From Patescibacteria group bacterium (GTDB lineage: Bacteria > Patescibacteriota > Patescibacteriia > Patescibacteriales > UBA12465), in NCBI GenBank assembly GCA_028687275.1, contig JAQUAK010000001.1, positions 507,024 through 571,023 on the forward strand: DNA of 64,000 bases, read 5' to 3'. The notes under the pieces were generated by a model. That model ran no database searches and was not told the DNA's origin. It saw nothing but the letters and a program-made list of their open reading frames with translations. The stretch's first letter is position 1. Every line of letters begins with the position of its first letter. This document shows positions 29,991 to 40,461 of the stretch, one piece after another. A program made the position numbers and the translations under genes.

Positions 29991-30854
29991 CTACTTAATT
30001 TTTTTTAACCAATTTTTAATTATTTTTTTCATCATTTTTTCTTTCTCGGAAAAACTATGGTCAGTTTCGGAAATGATATATGCAACTATCTTCCTTTTAT
30101 CACTATGGTGTCGCAAAAGCCAATCAACAATATCTTGAGCAGGCCTATCAGCATACTGATCAGATTCAGCGTAAAGAGCTAAGACGGGCACCTTCACTCT
30201 AGCTAGAGTTTTCGATTTGTTCCCAGATGAGTAATTAAAAACCTCTTCAACGCTATCGGGAGTATATAAACTAATAAATCTCTGAGCATCGATAAGTCTT
30301 GGCCAAGAAGATTCTGACAAGAGGGAGTGAGGCTTTCCAGCCCCTATTAAAGCTCTAGCATTTTTTAAAGCTCGCTGATATTTTCTAAGGTTGATCATAT
30401 TTATATCAGCATAATCACTGATTGGAGCTAACAAAATAGACCCCTTTATTAAAGGTTGGTTCTTCTTAGATAAATAATAAATAATTTTCTGACAACCAGT
30501 AGAATGGCCGACTAAAATTACACGCTTAGGCTTAAAACTTTTAGCATAATTAATAGCGCCCTCAATATCATCTAGGCAATCAGTGAAAACTTCATGGGCC
30601 ACTCCGGCTAAGAGATAATCTTTTTGACGATTATCTTTTTTAAAATAATTAATTGTGCCTGAGCCACGATTGTTAAAAGTTAAAACCGCATCTTTAGCAG
30701 TCGCTAAAGAACTCATTAGCTCAGAGCGCGAGAAAATACTACCGCCTAAACCATGTAGAAAAATATATAAATTCTCAGGTTTTTGACTACCCAGCCAAAG
30801 ACCTTTTAAACTAACCCTTTTTGGAGTTAAAAAGGAAACAAAAGAAAATTTCAT
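29991..30854 (-). CDS. Alpha/beta hydrolase (DUF1749-like)
   Basis: FLHGLG, GHSTGCQ nucleophile elbow, APISD, DHSF. Confidence 0.85.
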   Translation of the reverse strand: MKFSFVSFLTPKRVSLKGLWLGSQKPENLYIFLHGLGGSIFSRSELMSSLATAKDAVLTFNNRGSGTINYFKKDNRQKDYLLAGVAHEVFTDCLDDIEGAINYAKSFKPKRVILVGHSTGCQKIIYYLSKKNQPLIKGSILLAPISDYADINMINLRKYQRALKNARALIGAGKPHSLLSESSWPRLIDAQRFISLYTPDSVEEVFNYSSGNKSKTLARVKVPVLALYAESDQYADRPAQDIVDWLLRHHSDKRKIVAYIISETDHSFSEKEKMMKKIIKNWLKKIK

Positions 30855-30946
30855 AAAAATATCATTATTTCTATATATTATAGAGCAATATTAGAATACG
30901 AGCAAAACTAAATAAAAAACACCCCCAGAAAATGGGGGTGAATTTT

Positions 30947-32887
30947 TTATTTCTTCTTAAATCGTGGCTTAAATGTTTTAGCTTTAAAGGCCGGTTTGGC
31001 AGCTTTTTCTTGTTTCTTCTCTAGTCCAGACATAGTCTCTTTGGATTTAAACACTTTAAATCCAGAAGAGCGAACCCCCATCTTTAACTCTTTATATGGC
31101 CTACTTGGAGTTTTTGCAGAGGATTTAACAACTGGCTTTGCAGCCGGTCTAGCAACTGACTTTACTAATTTACTTGAACTTGATCGAGCAGTAGTATTAC
31201 GTCTAGCTGGACGCCCCTTTGCCTCTTCTTTTAACTGGAACATCTTGCGTCTAAAAGCAAAACGATTACCACCATCAAACTCTGGATTAACAATTAAGGG
31301 GGAGTCATTACTACTTACTGCCGGCACAGCTACTTTTCTAACTTTTTTTTCAGTAGTCAAGGAACGGCTATTATTTTTTTGATCAGAAACTTGTTTAAAG
31401 TTATTTGTTTTAAATCTTGAAGATGGACTACTCTTAAAACCTGATTGACGCTTAGCAGCAAAATCTTTATTAACTGGAAGAGCTTCACGATGAGTAGATT
31501 CGTTTGACTGAAGATAATCTGGGGTAGCAGTAACATCAGTAATAGCTGCCCGCTTACGAAAACCTAAACTACTATAATTTTCAGCCGGAATAGTTCTCGC
31601 TGGGGATGCCTTTGGTCTACGATTATCTTGAAATTTTGAGGCTGAAGAATTTGGTCGATTAAAGTTACGATTCTGTCCAAATTTTTTAGCTGGGAAGTTT
31701 CTTCTACTTGAATCCAACTCATCTCGGCTCTCTACACGAGGACGATTTACACTAGAACCAATATTTTTAACCGGTAAATTCTTTTGAATCAAGCGTTCAA
31801 TCTTTTGAATTTCTCGATATTGATCAGATGAAGCAAAAGAAATTGCTTTTCCTTTCTTCCCAGCACGCGCGGTACGTCCAATGCGATGAACATAATCCTC
31901 AGAATTGTCTGGTAAATCAAAATTTAACACCAGCTCAATATCATTAATATCAAGACCACGAGCAGCTACATCAGTCGCTACTAAAATACGATGTAGCCCA
32001 CTTTTAAAACCAGCTAAAGCAGCCTGACGTTGAGCGAAGGACAGATTAGAATGAATTTCTGCAGCCTTAAAACCATCAAAAAGTAATTTCTTAGTTAGCT
32101 TGGTAGCGCCATGCTTAGTGCGAACAAAGATTAAGACTGAGCCCTTAAATTCATCCAATAGGAGTAAGAGTTGGTCAAAACGAGCATCCCGTGGCAAAAT
32201 TAAAATTTCTTGTTCTACTAATTTAGCAGTGCTGCCAGCCGGAGAAACTTCAACCCGTATTGGCGTATGCAAATATTTTTCTGCTAGTTTCATTACGGCC
32301 GCTGGCATTGTCGCCGAGAATAATAAAGTCTGACGCTCAGCCGGAACTCTCTTTAAGACCTCTTCGATCTGTGGAGCAAAGCCCATATCAAACATCATGT
32401 CAGCCTCATCAAGTACTAACACGGAGATATCATCTAGTTTAACAGTACCTCTTTTAATATGGTCAATTAAACGTCCAGGAGTAGCCACTAAAATATGAGG
32501 CTGACGACGTAGAGCAAATAATTGCCTATTAATCGCTTCACCGCCAATTAAGGAAACAGTGCGTAGTCCCAAAAGACCGCCGAGACTACGTAAACTAGTT
32601 TCAACCTGTCCGGCTAATTCTCTAGTTGGTAATAATACTAAGCCGCGACCCTTCACCTGAGCTAAGCGCTGTAACATCGGAATGCCAAAAGCAAAAGTTT
32701 TACCAGTTCCAGTTTGAGCGATACCTACTAAATCCTGTCCGCTTAAGGCAGCTGGGATGGCTTGATGTTGAATGGGGGTGGGCGTAACCAGCCCTAAGTC
32801 GCTAATGATTTTTAAAATAGATTCCTTAATACCTAAATCGGCAAAAGAAAGGGTGCTAGGTGTTATTTGTATTTCTTTTTTTAACAT
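30947..32887 (-). CDS. DEAD-box RNA helicase with long basic disordered C-terminal tail
   Basis: PTPIQ, AQTGTGKT, PTRELA, DEAD, SAT, HRIGRTAR; start set at ATG 32887. Confidence 0.94.
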   Translation of the reverse strand: MLKKEIQITPSTLSFADLGIKESILKIISDLGLVTPTPIQHQAIPAALSGQDLVGIAQTGTGKTFAFGIPMLQRLAQVKGRGLVLLPTRELAGQVETSLRSLGGLLGLRTVSLIGGEAINRQLFALRRQPHILVATPGRLIDHIKRGTVKLDDISVLVLDEADMMFDMGFAPQIEEVLKRVPAERQTLLFSATMPAAVMKLAEKYLHTPIRVEVSPAGSTAKLVEQEILILPRDARFDQLLLLLDEFKGSVLIFVRTKHGATKLTKKLLFDGFKAAEIHSNLSFAQRQAALAGFKSGLHRILVATDVAARGLDINDIELVLNFDLPDNSEDYVHRIGRTARAGKKGKAISFASSDQYREIQKIERLIQKNLPVKNIGSSVNRPRVESRDELDSSRRNFPAKKFGQNRNFNRPNSSASKFQDNRRPKASPARTIPAENYSSLGFRKRAAITDVTATPDYLQSNESTHREALPVNKDFAAKRQSGFKSSPSSRFKTNNFKQVSDQKNNSRSLTTEKKVRKVAVPAVSSNDSPLIVNPEFDGGNRFAFRRKMFQLKEEAKGRPARRNTTARSSSSKLVKSVARPAAKPVVKSSAKTPSRPYKELKMGVRSSGFKVFKSKETMSGLEKKQEKAAKPAFKAKTFKPRFKKK

Positions 32888-33175
32888 AAAAATAAGCAAC
32901 TGGTTTCATTCCAGTCACTTTTACTATAAAATAATTTAGAGAGAGGTGGAGAAGAATACTCTTGATTAAAATATACCACAAAAATTCAAATTAAGTCAAG
33001 TCAATTTATATATTTTACTAATAATAAATAAAATATAACAATAAAAATCAGCTCAATATTTTAAACATAATATTTTCATAATTTTATTATATTAAAAAAA
33101 TCCTAAATCAATAATATTACTTGCCTAATGCCCTCCCTTCGCCTATCATATTTATATAATTAATAACACTATATT

Positions 33176-33679
33176 ATGCGCGTACCTATTCGTAGAGGAG
33201 AAATGAATAATTTTAAAGCAAAGGATTACAGTTTTAGTCAAACTAAATATAAAGAATTAGAACTAACCCTAGCTCGCCTATTACAGCGTCGCCCTAAAGA
33301 AGCTAAAGAGGTAAAACGCTTAGCGGAAATGGGCGATTTTTCTGAAAATGTTGGCTATCAAATGGCTAAAGGTCGTTTACGTGGTTTAAATCAAAGAATT
33401 CTAGATATTGAAGATAGCTTAAAAAAAGCTGATATTGTCATTGTAAATAATAATACCAGCCAAGTACAAATTGGGCACAAAGTTACAATAACGAGTGATG
33501 GTATCAAAAAAATGTATACAATCTTAGGGGCAAGCGAAAGTAACCCCGCTGCTGGAGTAATTTCTGCCTCTTCCCCGCTAGGATCAGCTTTACTTAATAA
33601 AAAAATTGGAGATGAGTTTGATTTAGAAATTAATGGCAAGAGTAAACACTATTTTTTAATAAATATTGAAGTAAAATAA
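33176..33679 (+). CDS. greA: Transcription elongation factor GreA/GreB
   Basis: GDFSENVGY, IS..SPLGSALL. Confidence 0.85.
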   Translation: MRVPIRRGEMNNFKAKDYSFSQTKYKELELTLARLLQRRPKEAKEVKRLAEMGDFSENVGYQMAKGRLRGLNQRILDIEDSLKKADIVIVNNNTSQVQIGHKVTITSDGIKKMYTILGASESNPAAGVISASSPLGSALLNKKIGDEFDLEINGKSKHYFLINIEVK

Positions 33680-33681
33680 AT

Positions 33682-35442
33682 ATGCCTATCCTGCTCCAGG
33701 CTAGTAATCTTAGTAAAGAGTATAGTGGCCAGAAAATTTTTTCTGGCCTGTCTTTTACTATTAATGATAAACAAAAAATCGGAGTGATTGGCCAAAACGG
33801 AGCCGGTAAATCAACTCTTTTTCGTATTATTACCGGTGAAGAAACCGCTGATGATGGTGAAATAATAATTAATAGTGAAACTAATATCGGCTATCTGGAA
33901 CAAAGCGATGACTGGCAGGCCGAAGAAAGTTCTTTAAATTTTTTACATCGTCAGAGCGGGCGCCCTGAGTGGCGCATTAGACAATTGGCTAGTAAATTTG
34001 AACTAGATGAAGGGATGCTTAAACGAGAAGCTGCCAGTCTTTCTGGCGGTTGGCGCATGCGTCTTAAATTGACTGGCATGCTCTTAAAGGAACCTAATCT
34101 TTTCCTGCTTGATGAGCCAAGTAATTATTTAGATTTAAATACTTTACTGCTACTAGAAAATTACCTTCAAGCTTATAATGGTAGTTTTTTAATTATTTCC
34201 CATGATCGTGAATTTCTAAAAAAAACTTGTACCGAAACAATAGAAATATCAAAGACTGGTTGTTATCACTATCCTGGTAACATTGAAAATTATCTTGCTT
34301 TCAAAGAGCAAAAATTAAGCTCTTTGATTAAGGCTAATGATAGTATAGATAAACAGCAACAACATTGGCAAGAATTTGTTAATCGTTTCCGCTCAAAAGA
34401 TTCGAAGGCTAAACAAGCACAGGCAATGATTCGTAAAATAAATAAATTGGAACAAAAAAAAATTAGTATTGAACACCAGGCTGGCATTACTCGTATTATT
34501 ATTCCGCCAGTCAGTAAACGTAATAACTTTGCTCTCAAAACTAACAATCTTAGCATCGGCTATAGTGACAAAAAAATAGCAAATAATATTAATATAGATT
34601 GCCATGCTGGAGAAAAACTAGCCATTCTTGGCTTAAACGGACAAGGAAAAACCACCCTTATTAAAACATTATGCGGTCGCTTAAAGCCTTTAGGCGGATC
34701 TTTTCATTTTGCTGCTAATAGCCATCTAGCTTATCATGGGCAAGAAGAAATGGAAGCGATGGACGGACAAGAACAAGCTGGCGATTTCTTAAGACGCGTC
34801 GCCGCTAGTGACATCAAAACAGAGGCAGTTTTAAAAATGGCCGGAGACTTTTTATTTCGTGATGAAGAATTAAAAAAATCAATCTCCGTCCTTTCTGGAG
34901 GAGAAAAATCACGCCTACTTTTAGCCGGCTTACTATTATCCAAACCTGATATTTTAGTATTAGATGAACCCACTTGTCACTTAGACTTTGAAACTAGCGA
35001 AGCCCTAGCTCAAGCTTTAAATAAATTTAATGGCACTATTCTTTTCTCAAGCCATGACCGCACTTTTTCTAGTTTAGTTTCTACCGGCATTATTGAAATC
35101 AGCCAAGGGCAAGCTAAACGGTTACACGAAGATTATAATGACTATATTAAACGCTTAGAAAAAATTCTCTGGCAACTACCAGAAGAAATAGAAAATACAA
35201 TTCATGATAAGACGGCAGAAAGGGCTCGTTATATTGAACAAAAAAATCTGCAAAAAAAAATCAACTCTTTAGAAAAAAAGTTGAATGAACTGCAAATATA
35301 CAAACAAGAGTTGTTAAATTATTTTCTTGAACATTATCAAGAGTATAATCCTGAAAAAACACAAGAACTAGAAGATACTACAAGGAGGATCAACGACTAC
35401 GAAGAGCGTTGGCTAGAGCTTTCCTCACTCCGTTTAGAGTAG
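33682..35442 (+). CDS. ABC-F family ATPase
   Basis: Two ABC domains (GAGKST/LSGGW; GQGKTT/LSGGE), no TM segments, C-terminal coil. Confidence 0.93.
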   Translation: MPILLQASNLSKEYSGQKIFSGLSFTINDKQKIGVIGQNGAGKSTLFRIITGEETADDGEIIINSETNIGYLEQSDDWQAEESSLNFLHRQSGRPEWRIRQLASKFELDEGMLKREAASLSGGWRMRLKLTGMLLKEPNLFLLDEPSNYLDLNTLLLLENYLQAYNGSFLIISHDREFLKKTCTETIEISKTGCYHYPGNIENYLAFKEQKLSSLIKANDSIDKQQQHWQEFVNRFRSKDSKAKQAQAMIRKINKLEQKKISIEHQAGITRIIIPPVSKRNNFALKTNNLSIGYSDKKIANNINIDCHAGEKLAILGLNGQGKTTLIKTLCGRLKPLGGSFHFAANSHLAYHGQEEMEAMDGQEQAGDFLRRVAASDIKTEAVLKMAGDFLFRDEELKKSISVLSGGEKSRLLLAGLLLSKPDILVLDEPTCHLDFETSEALAQALNKFNGTILFSSHDRTFSSLVSTGIIEISQGQAKRLHEDYNDYIKRLEKILWQLPEEIENTIHDKTAERARYIEQKNLQKKINSLEKKLNELQIYKQELLNYFLEHYQEYNPEKTQELEDTTRRINDYEERWLELSSLRLE

Positions 35443-35986
35443 GAAAAATTTGTTTTGAATTTATAGACTCTAATGCCTGATATAAAACTAATCCAGCAGC
35501 CACCATTACATTTAAAGACTTATTAAAACCGTGCATGGGGATTTCAACCACCCCATCTACTAGTTTTAAAATATCTTCACTCAACCCTTCGCTTTCATTG
35601 CCAAAAAGAAAGGCGGCTGGTTTAATATATTTTGTGATTAAATAATTCCTAGCTTGTGGGGCCTGTTCAACTGCATAAATACTAACCCCTAAAGATTTTA
35701 ATTCAAAGATAGCCTCACTTGCATTTAAACAATAACGCCAAGGAACCAACTGATAAGTGCCAACAGAGGCTTTTACTATGCGATGATTTGGCGGCGTTGC
35801 ACAAGAACCACATAAATATAGACAGCTCGCACCAACAGCATCAGCTAAACGAAAAAAGCCACCAATATTATAGGTGTCTAGAACATTGTCTAAAATTATG
35901 TAAATCGGTTGTTGAAGGCGCCTCTTTTTTATCTGCTCGGCCTCACCAGGCTTTAAATTACGTAAATTTTTAGCATTAAGTACCAT
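35390..35986 (-). CDS. TrmH/SpoU-family RNA methyltransferase
   Basis: ILDNV..YNIGGFFR, FGNESEGL, EIPMHG..SLNV. Confidence 0.9.
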   Translation of the reverse strand: MVLNAKNLRNLKPGEAEQIKKRRLQQPIYIILDNVLDTYNIGGFFRLADAVGASCLYLCGSCATPPNHRIVKASVGTYQLVPWRYCLNASEAIFELKSLGVSIYAVEQAPQARNYLITKYIKPAAFLFGNESEGLSEDILKLVDGVVEIPMHGFNKSLNVMVAAGLVLYQALESINSKQIFPTLNGVRKALANALRSR

Positions 35987-35998
35987 AATATTGAAATT

Positions 35999-36361
35999 TT
36001 AAAGAGAGTTCAAAGCACCCTGTATCGCCCGCAAACTAATTAAAGCGCATTTTGAACGACGAGGACTAATTCTAATGCCCAATAATTTCTGTAAATCATC
36101 TAAACCAAGTGAGAGAACGTATTCTTTACTCTTCCCAATCATTTCTTCGCTTAGAATTGAGGTCATTGCCACTGAAATAGCACAGCCATCCCCTTCAAAA
36201 GAAATATCTGCAATCAAGCCCGCTTTCATTTTTACAAACACAGTGATATCATCGCCACAGCTACGATTTAATTCCTGGAAGGAAACATCAGCCTTTTCCA
36301 TCTTGCCCCGATGACGTGGGCGCTGATAATGATCTAAAATGTTTTGAGCGTAGATGTCCAT
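35999..36361 (-). CDS. sufU: SufU/IscU-type Fe-S scaffold/sulfur-transfer protein
   Basis: ILDHY..P, SCGD, GCAIS, RSKCA; start set at ATG 36361. Confidence 0.88.
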   Translation of the reverse strand: MDIYAQNILDHYQRPRHRGKMEKADVSFQELNRSCGDDITVFVKMKAGLIADISFEGDGCAISVAMTSILSEEMIGKSKEYVLSLGLDDLQKLLGIRISPRRSKCALISLRAIQGALNSL

Positions 36362-36362
36362 A

Positions 36363-37574
36363 TTAATTTTTAAATATTTCTTTAATTTCTGATAAAGCAA
36401 CAATAAAATTATCAATTTCTTCAGTAGTATTATAGAAAGATAAACTAGCGCGCAAACTAGCCTTTACCTTAAAATAATCATGGATTGGCTGAGCACAATG
36501 GTGACCAGCGCGTACTATAATTCCTCTCTCTCCCAATAAATCAGCAGCATCATGAGGGTGAAAGCCAGTCAAAGATAAGGCAAAAACTGGTAAACGCCCC
36601 TCTTCCCCTCCTAAAACTTTAACGAAATCTAATTTTTTGATTGCCTGTATAAAATATTTACTTAAATTTTCTTCACGGCTGATAATCTCTTGCCAGCCGA
36701 TTTTTTTTATAAAATCAATCGCCGTCCCTAAGGCAATTGCACCCTCAATATTTGGTGTGCCAGCCTCAAATTTATTAGGTAAAACAGCCGGCTTGAAGCT
36801 CTGACATAAAACCTCGCTAATCATATTGCCACCACCTAAAAAAGAAGGCATTTTCTCTAATAACTCTTTACGACCATAAAGGACGCCAATACCAGATGGA
36901 GCAAATAACTTATGTCCAGAAAAAGACACAAAATCAGCCCCTAAAATCTTTACGTCCAATGATCGATGGGCAATGGCTTGAGCGGCATCCACGACGGTAA
37001 TTATATTTTTAATTTTCGCACGTTTAATTAAAGGCTCTAAATTATAATACTGCCCTAAAACATTAGAGGCTAAAGTAATAGCAATTAAACGCAATTTTGG
37101 CTGAGCAAATATTTTATCTAGACTGTCAGCCGAAAGTGTGCCCTCATCATTCAAATCAATATACTCAATAACAATTCCTATTTTCTCTTTTAACTGCAAC
37201 CAAGGCACTAAATTAGCATGATGCTCAGCTCGGCTAAGAGCAATTACATCACCTTTTTTGAGATTTTGCTCACCCCAACTACGGGCCACTAAATTAAAAC
37301 CAAAAGTTGCACCTGAAGTAAATATTATTTCTTCGCGATCGGCCCCAATAAAAGCAGCCACTTTAGAGCGAGAACTTTCATATAAATTGGTCGCCTCTTC
37401 AGATAAAAAGTTTGGCCCACGATGAACATTGGCATTATATAAATTATAGTATTCATTCACGGCATCAATTACCACCTGAGGCTTAGGAGTGGTAGCAGCA
37501 TTATCAAAATACTGTAAAGGCTTACCCTCATAAACTCGATTTAGAAGTGGAAAATATAAACGATAATCTAGCAT
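36363..37574 (-). CDS. sufS: Cysteine desulfurase SufS
   Basis: YFDNAATTPKP, SGHK, EAGTP, RAGHHCAQP. Confidence 0.95.
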   Translation of the reverse strand: MLDYRLYFPLLNRVYEGKPLQYFDNAATTPKPQVVIDAVNEYYNLYNANVHRGPNFLSEEATNLYESSRSKVAAFIGADREEIIFTSGATFGFNLVARSWGEQNLKKGDVIALSRAEHHANLVPWLQLKEKIGIVIEYIDLNDEGTLSADSLDKIFAQPKLRLIAITLASNVLGQYYNLEPLIKRAKIKNIITVVDAAQAIAHRSLDVKILGADFVSFSGHKLFAPSGIGVLYGRKELLEKMPSFLGGGNMISEVLCQSFKPAVLPNKFEAGTPNIEGAIALGTAIDFIKKIGWQEIISREENLSKYFIQAIKKLDFVKVLGGEEGRLPVFALSLTGFHPHDAADLLGERGIIVRAGHHCAQPIHDYFKVKASLRASLSFYNTTEEIDNFIVALSEIKEIFKN

Positions 37575-38314
37575 AAACGAGTAGATATTAGATGTATTAA
37601 TTCCTCTTTCAAGCCGTCATCTGATAAATCAGTCACAAATTTCTTGGCCATCGATAAGGCAAATAATTTTTGAATATCTTCAGGGGCAAGCCCGCGGCTG
37701 CGCAAATAAAACATATCCTCAGCTGATAACTGAAAAGTGCTGGCGCTATGACCAGCCTTAACATCATTAGCGGCAATATTTAAAACGGGAACAAGTTGAC
37801 CGCGACTTTCCGGGCCAATTAAACGAAGACGCATATCTACCCTGGTATCACTTTGCTGGGCTTTATTCAAAACATTTAAACTGGCAATATAACTGAGTTG
37901 AGACTTATCATTAAGCAGTCCATCAACTAAAACTCTGCCCGAACTAGATCGTTCATTAAAATTATAATCAGCCTTAACTTTTAATTTTTCTTCCTTTTCT
38001 CCAATATATAAAGAGCGGCTAGTAATTTGAGCTCGCTCAGCTAAATTATGTACTAATTCCACTTCGTCATTTTGATCAAGAAAAAGATAATAAGCATTCA
38101 AGGAGGCTCCTTCTTGAATATCAAAACGACGAATTATTTTTTTGATATCAATTAATTTTGGCAAGACTAAAACGTACTGGGCCTTCATGCCTGCAGCTAT
38201 TTGAATCTCACGCTCAGCTGGAATGTTGCTCACATCATTTTCAATAATAAGTAACTCCTGCTCAAGAGGTGGGATAATATTTTTTTCTATAGAATTTAAT
38301 TTAAGGATATTCAT
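37568..38314 (-). CDS. sufD: Short SufD
   Basis: DVKAGHSAS..MFYLRSRGL. Confidence 0.85.
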   Translation of the reverse strand: MNILKLNSIEKNIIPPLEQELLIIENDVSNIPAEREIQIAAGMKAQYVLVLPKLIDIKKIIRRFDIQEGASLNAYYLFLDQNDEVELVHNLAERAQITSRSLYIGEKEEKLKVKADYNFNERSSSGRVLVDGLLNDKSQLSYIASLNVLNKAQQSDTRVDMRLRLIGPESRGQLVPVLNIAANDVKAGHSASTFQLSAEDMFYLRSRGLAPEDIQKLFALSMAKKFVTDLSDDGLKEELIHLISTRLC

Positions 38315-38317
38315 AAA

Positions 38318-39712
38318 TTAACCGACGCTATTTTCCATTTCTAATTCCACCATCCGATTCATTTCCACTGAATACTCAAGTGGCAACTCCTTAGTAATAG
38401 GCTCAATAAAGCCATTAACAATCATGGCGGCCGCCTCAGCCTCTTTCAGGCCACGACTACGTAGATAAAACATATCTTCAGCATTAATCTTGCCAGCGCT
38501 AGCTTCATGAGCAATAGTAGCAGTTGAATTATGGATTTTCATTACAGGGATAGTATCAGAAACAGAAATTTCATCCAAAATTAAAGCATCACATTGCACT
38601 GACACAACCGCGTTGTCAGCCTTAGGTGAAATTTCAACTAAACCGCGATAAATTGATTTGCCGCCATCCTTACTAATACTTTTCATGACAATGTTAGAGC
38701 TAGTATTTTTAGCAGCGTGAATAACTTTAGCGCCCGTATCCTGTGTTTGCCCTTCATTAGCGAAGGCGACACCGAGATGGTCAGCGCTAGCCCCTTCTCC
38801 CACTAAAATGGAGCAAGGGTAAAGCATGGTGACATTGCTACCGAAATTACCACCAACCCATTCCATGTGAGCTTTCTCTTCCACAATCGCTCGCTTAGTA
38901 TTTAGATTATAAGCATCCTTGCTCCAGCTCTCAACGCTACTATAACGAAAGCGAGCCCCTTTTCTAACATATATTTCTACTCCACCAGCATGCAAAGAAT
39001 CAACGCCATAGCGCGGAGCGCTACAGCCTTCAATATAATGAGCTTGAGCCCCCTCTTCTACAATAATTAGGGTATGTTCAAACTGGCCCATACCTTTGGC
39101 ATTCATGCGAAAATAGGCCTGTAAAGGCTCATCAATGGTCACACCAGCCGGAATATATAAGAAAGTTCCACCACTCCAAACTGCACCATGCAAGGCAGCA
39201 AATTTATGCAAAGAAATTGGCATGGCCTTCATAAAATTAGGACGAACTAATTCTGGATATTTTTTTAAAGCTACGTCCAAATCTTCAAAAATTACCCCCA
39301 ATTTTTGATATTCTTCTTTTAGGCTATGGTAAATGACCGTTGATTCATACTGCGCGCCAACACCGGCAAAAAATTCTTGTTCGCCCTTGGGGATGCCCAA
39401 TTTATCAAAAGTATTTTTAATATCAATGGGGACATCATCCCAACTTTGTGCCTGCCCCTCCATCGCCTTGGCATAGTAAGTAATCTTATCTAAATTTAAA
39501 ATAGACAAATCTGGACCCCAAGTTGGCAAGGCCATTTTTTCAAATTGAGCTAAAGATTCTAAACGATGAGCCAGCATCCACTCAGGCTCTTCTTTCTCAG
39601 CCGAAATACGACGTACCAAGTCCTCAGTCAAACCGTTTTTAGTTTTCTGCATGTAATCAGACTGATTATAATCATCCCATAAGGAATCATGTGCTTTATT
39701 TTTTTCTGACAT
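38318..39712 (-). CDS. sufB: Fe-S assembly protein SufB
   Basis: GQFEHTLII, YIEGCSAP, HEASAG, FYLRSRGL, ELPLEY. Confidence 0.96.
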   Translation of the reverse strand: MSEKNKAHDSLWDDYNQSDYMQKTKNGLTEDLVRRISAEKEEPEWMLAHRLESLAQFEKMALPTWGPDLSILNLDKITYYAKAMEGQAQSWDDVPIDIKNTFDKLGIPKGEQEFFAGVGAQYESTVIYHSLKEEYQKLGVIFEDLDVALKKYPELVRPNFMKAMPISLHKFAALHGAVWSGGTFLYIPAGVTIDEPLQAYFRMNAKGMGQFEHTLIIVEEGAQAHYIEGCSAPRYGVDSLHAGGVEIYVRKGARFRYSSVESWSKDAYNLNTKRAIVEEKAHMEWVGGNFGSNVTMLYPCSILVGEGASADHLGVAFANEGQTQDTGAKVIHAAKNTSSNIVMKSISKDGGKSIYRGLVEISPKADNAVVSVQCDALILDEISVSDTIPVMKIHNSTATIAHEASAGKINAEDMFYLRSRGLKEAEAAAMIVNGFIEPITKELPLEYSVEMNRMVELEMENSVG

Positions 39713-39717
39713 AAAAA

Positions 39718-40461
39718 TTATTTAAGAGCGCTAAAGCCTTCTTGCTCTAATTGCGCGGCTAATTCCTGCCCACCACTTTTTACAATCTTGCCGCGTGACA
39801 TAACTAAGACGCGATCAGGATTAATATATTTTAATACTCTTTGATAGTGAGTAACAGCTAATAAACTATTTTTATCATTTTTAAAACGCTTAATAGCTTG
39901 GCCCGCTACTTCTAAGGCATCAACATCCAAGCCAGAATCAATTTCATCAAAAATAGCTAAGCTTGGGCTGGCTAAGGCTAATTGTAAAAGCTCTGATTTC
40001 TTTTTTTCGCCACCAGAAAAATCTTGATTTAATTGACGGCTAGACCAATCAGTATGTATTTGTAAAGATGATAATTCTTTATCTAACTTTTCTTTAAAAG
40101 AAAAGACACTGCCAGGGTCTTGCTGACGAGCAGTTCGAACTGATTTATAGGCATCAAATAAAAATGGAAAAAGCTCTAAACCAGCAATTTCACGTGGCTC
40201 TTGAAAGGCTAAAAATAAACCAGCCACTGCCCGCTCTTCGGGCTTAGCTGAACTTATATCCTTACCCTGAAAAATAATCTGACCACTTTTAACTTCATAA
40301 TCAGGGTGACCCATCAACACATTAGCGAGAGTACTCTTACCAGAACCATTAGGTCCCATAATAACTACGCTCTCCCCTTCGTCAATTTCAAAACTAATAT
40401 CATCTAAAATTAGTTTATCCTTAGCCATAACGACTAAATTTTTTACTTCTAACATTTTCAT
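39718..40461 (-). CDS. sufC: Fe-S assembly ATPase SufC
   Basis: GPNGSGKSTL, FSGGEKKK, DEIDSGLDVD, THYQR. Confidence 0.95.
   Translation of the reverse strand: MKMLEVKNLVVMAKDKLILDDISFEIDEGESVVIMGPNGSGKSTLANVLMGHPDYEVKSGQIIFQGKDISSAKPEERAVAGLFLAFQEPREIAGLELFPFLFDAYKSVRTARQQDPGSVFSFKEKLDKELSSLQIHTDWSSRQLNQDFSGGEKKKSELLQLALASPSLAIFDEIDSGLDVDALEVAGQAIKRFKNDKNSLLAVTHYQRVLKYINPDRVLVMSRGKIVKSGGQELAAQLEQEGFSALK

Noticed and set aside
35390-35442. 53-nt convergent overlap of the ABC-F and TrmH genes
   Set aside because: Most simply a stop-codon drift in a compact genome; no evidence of function.
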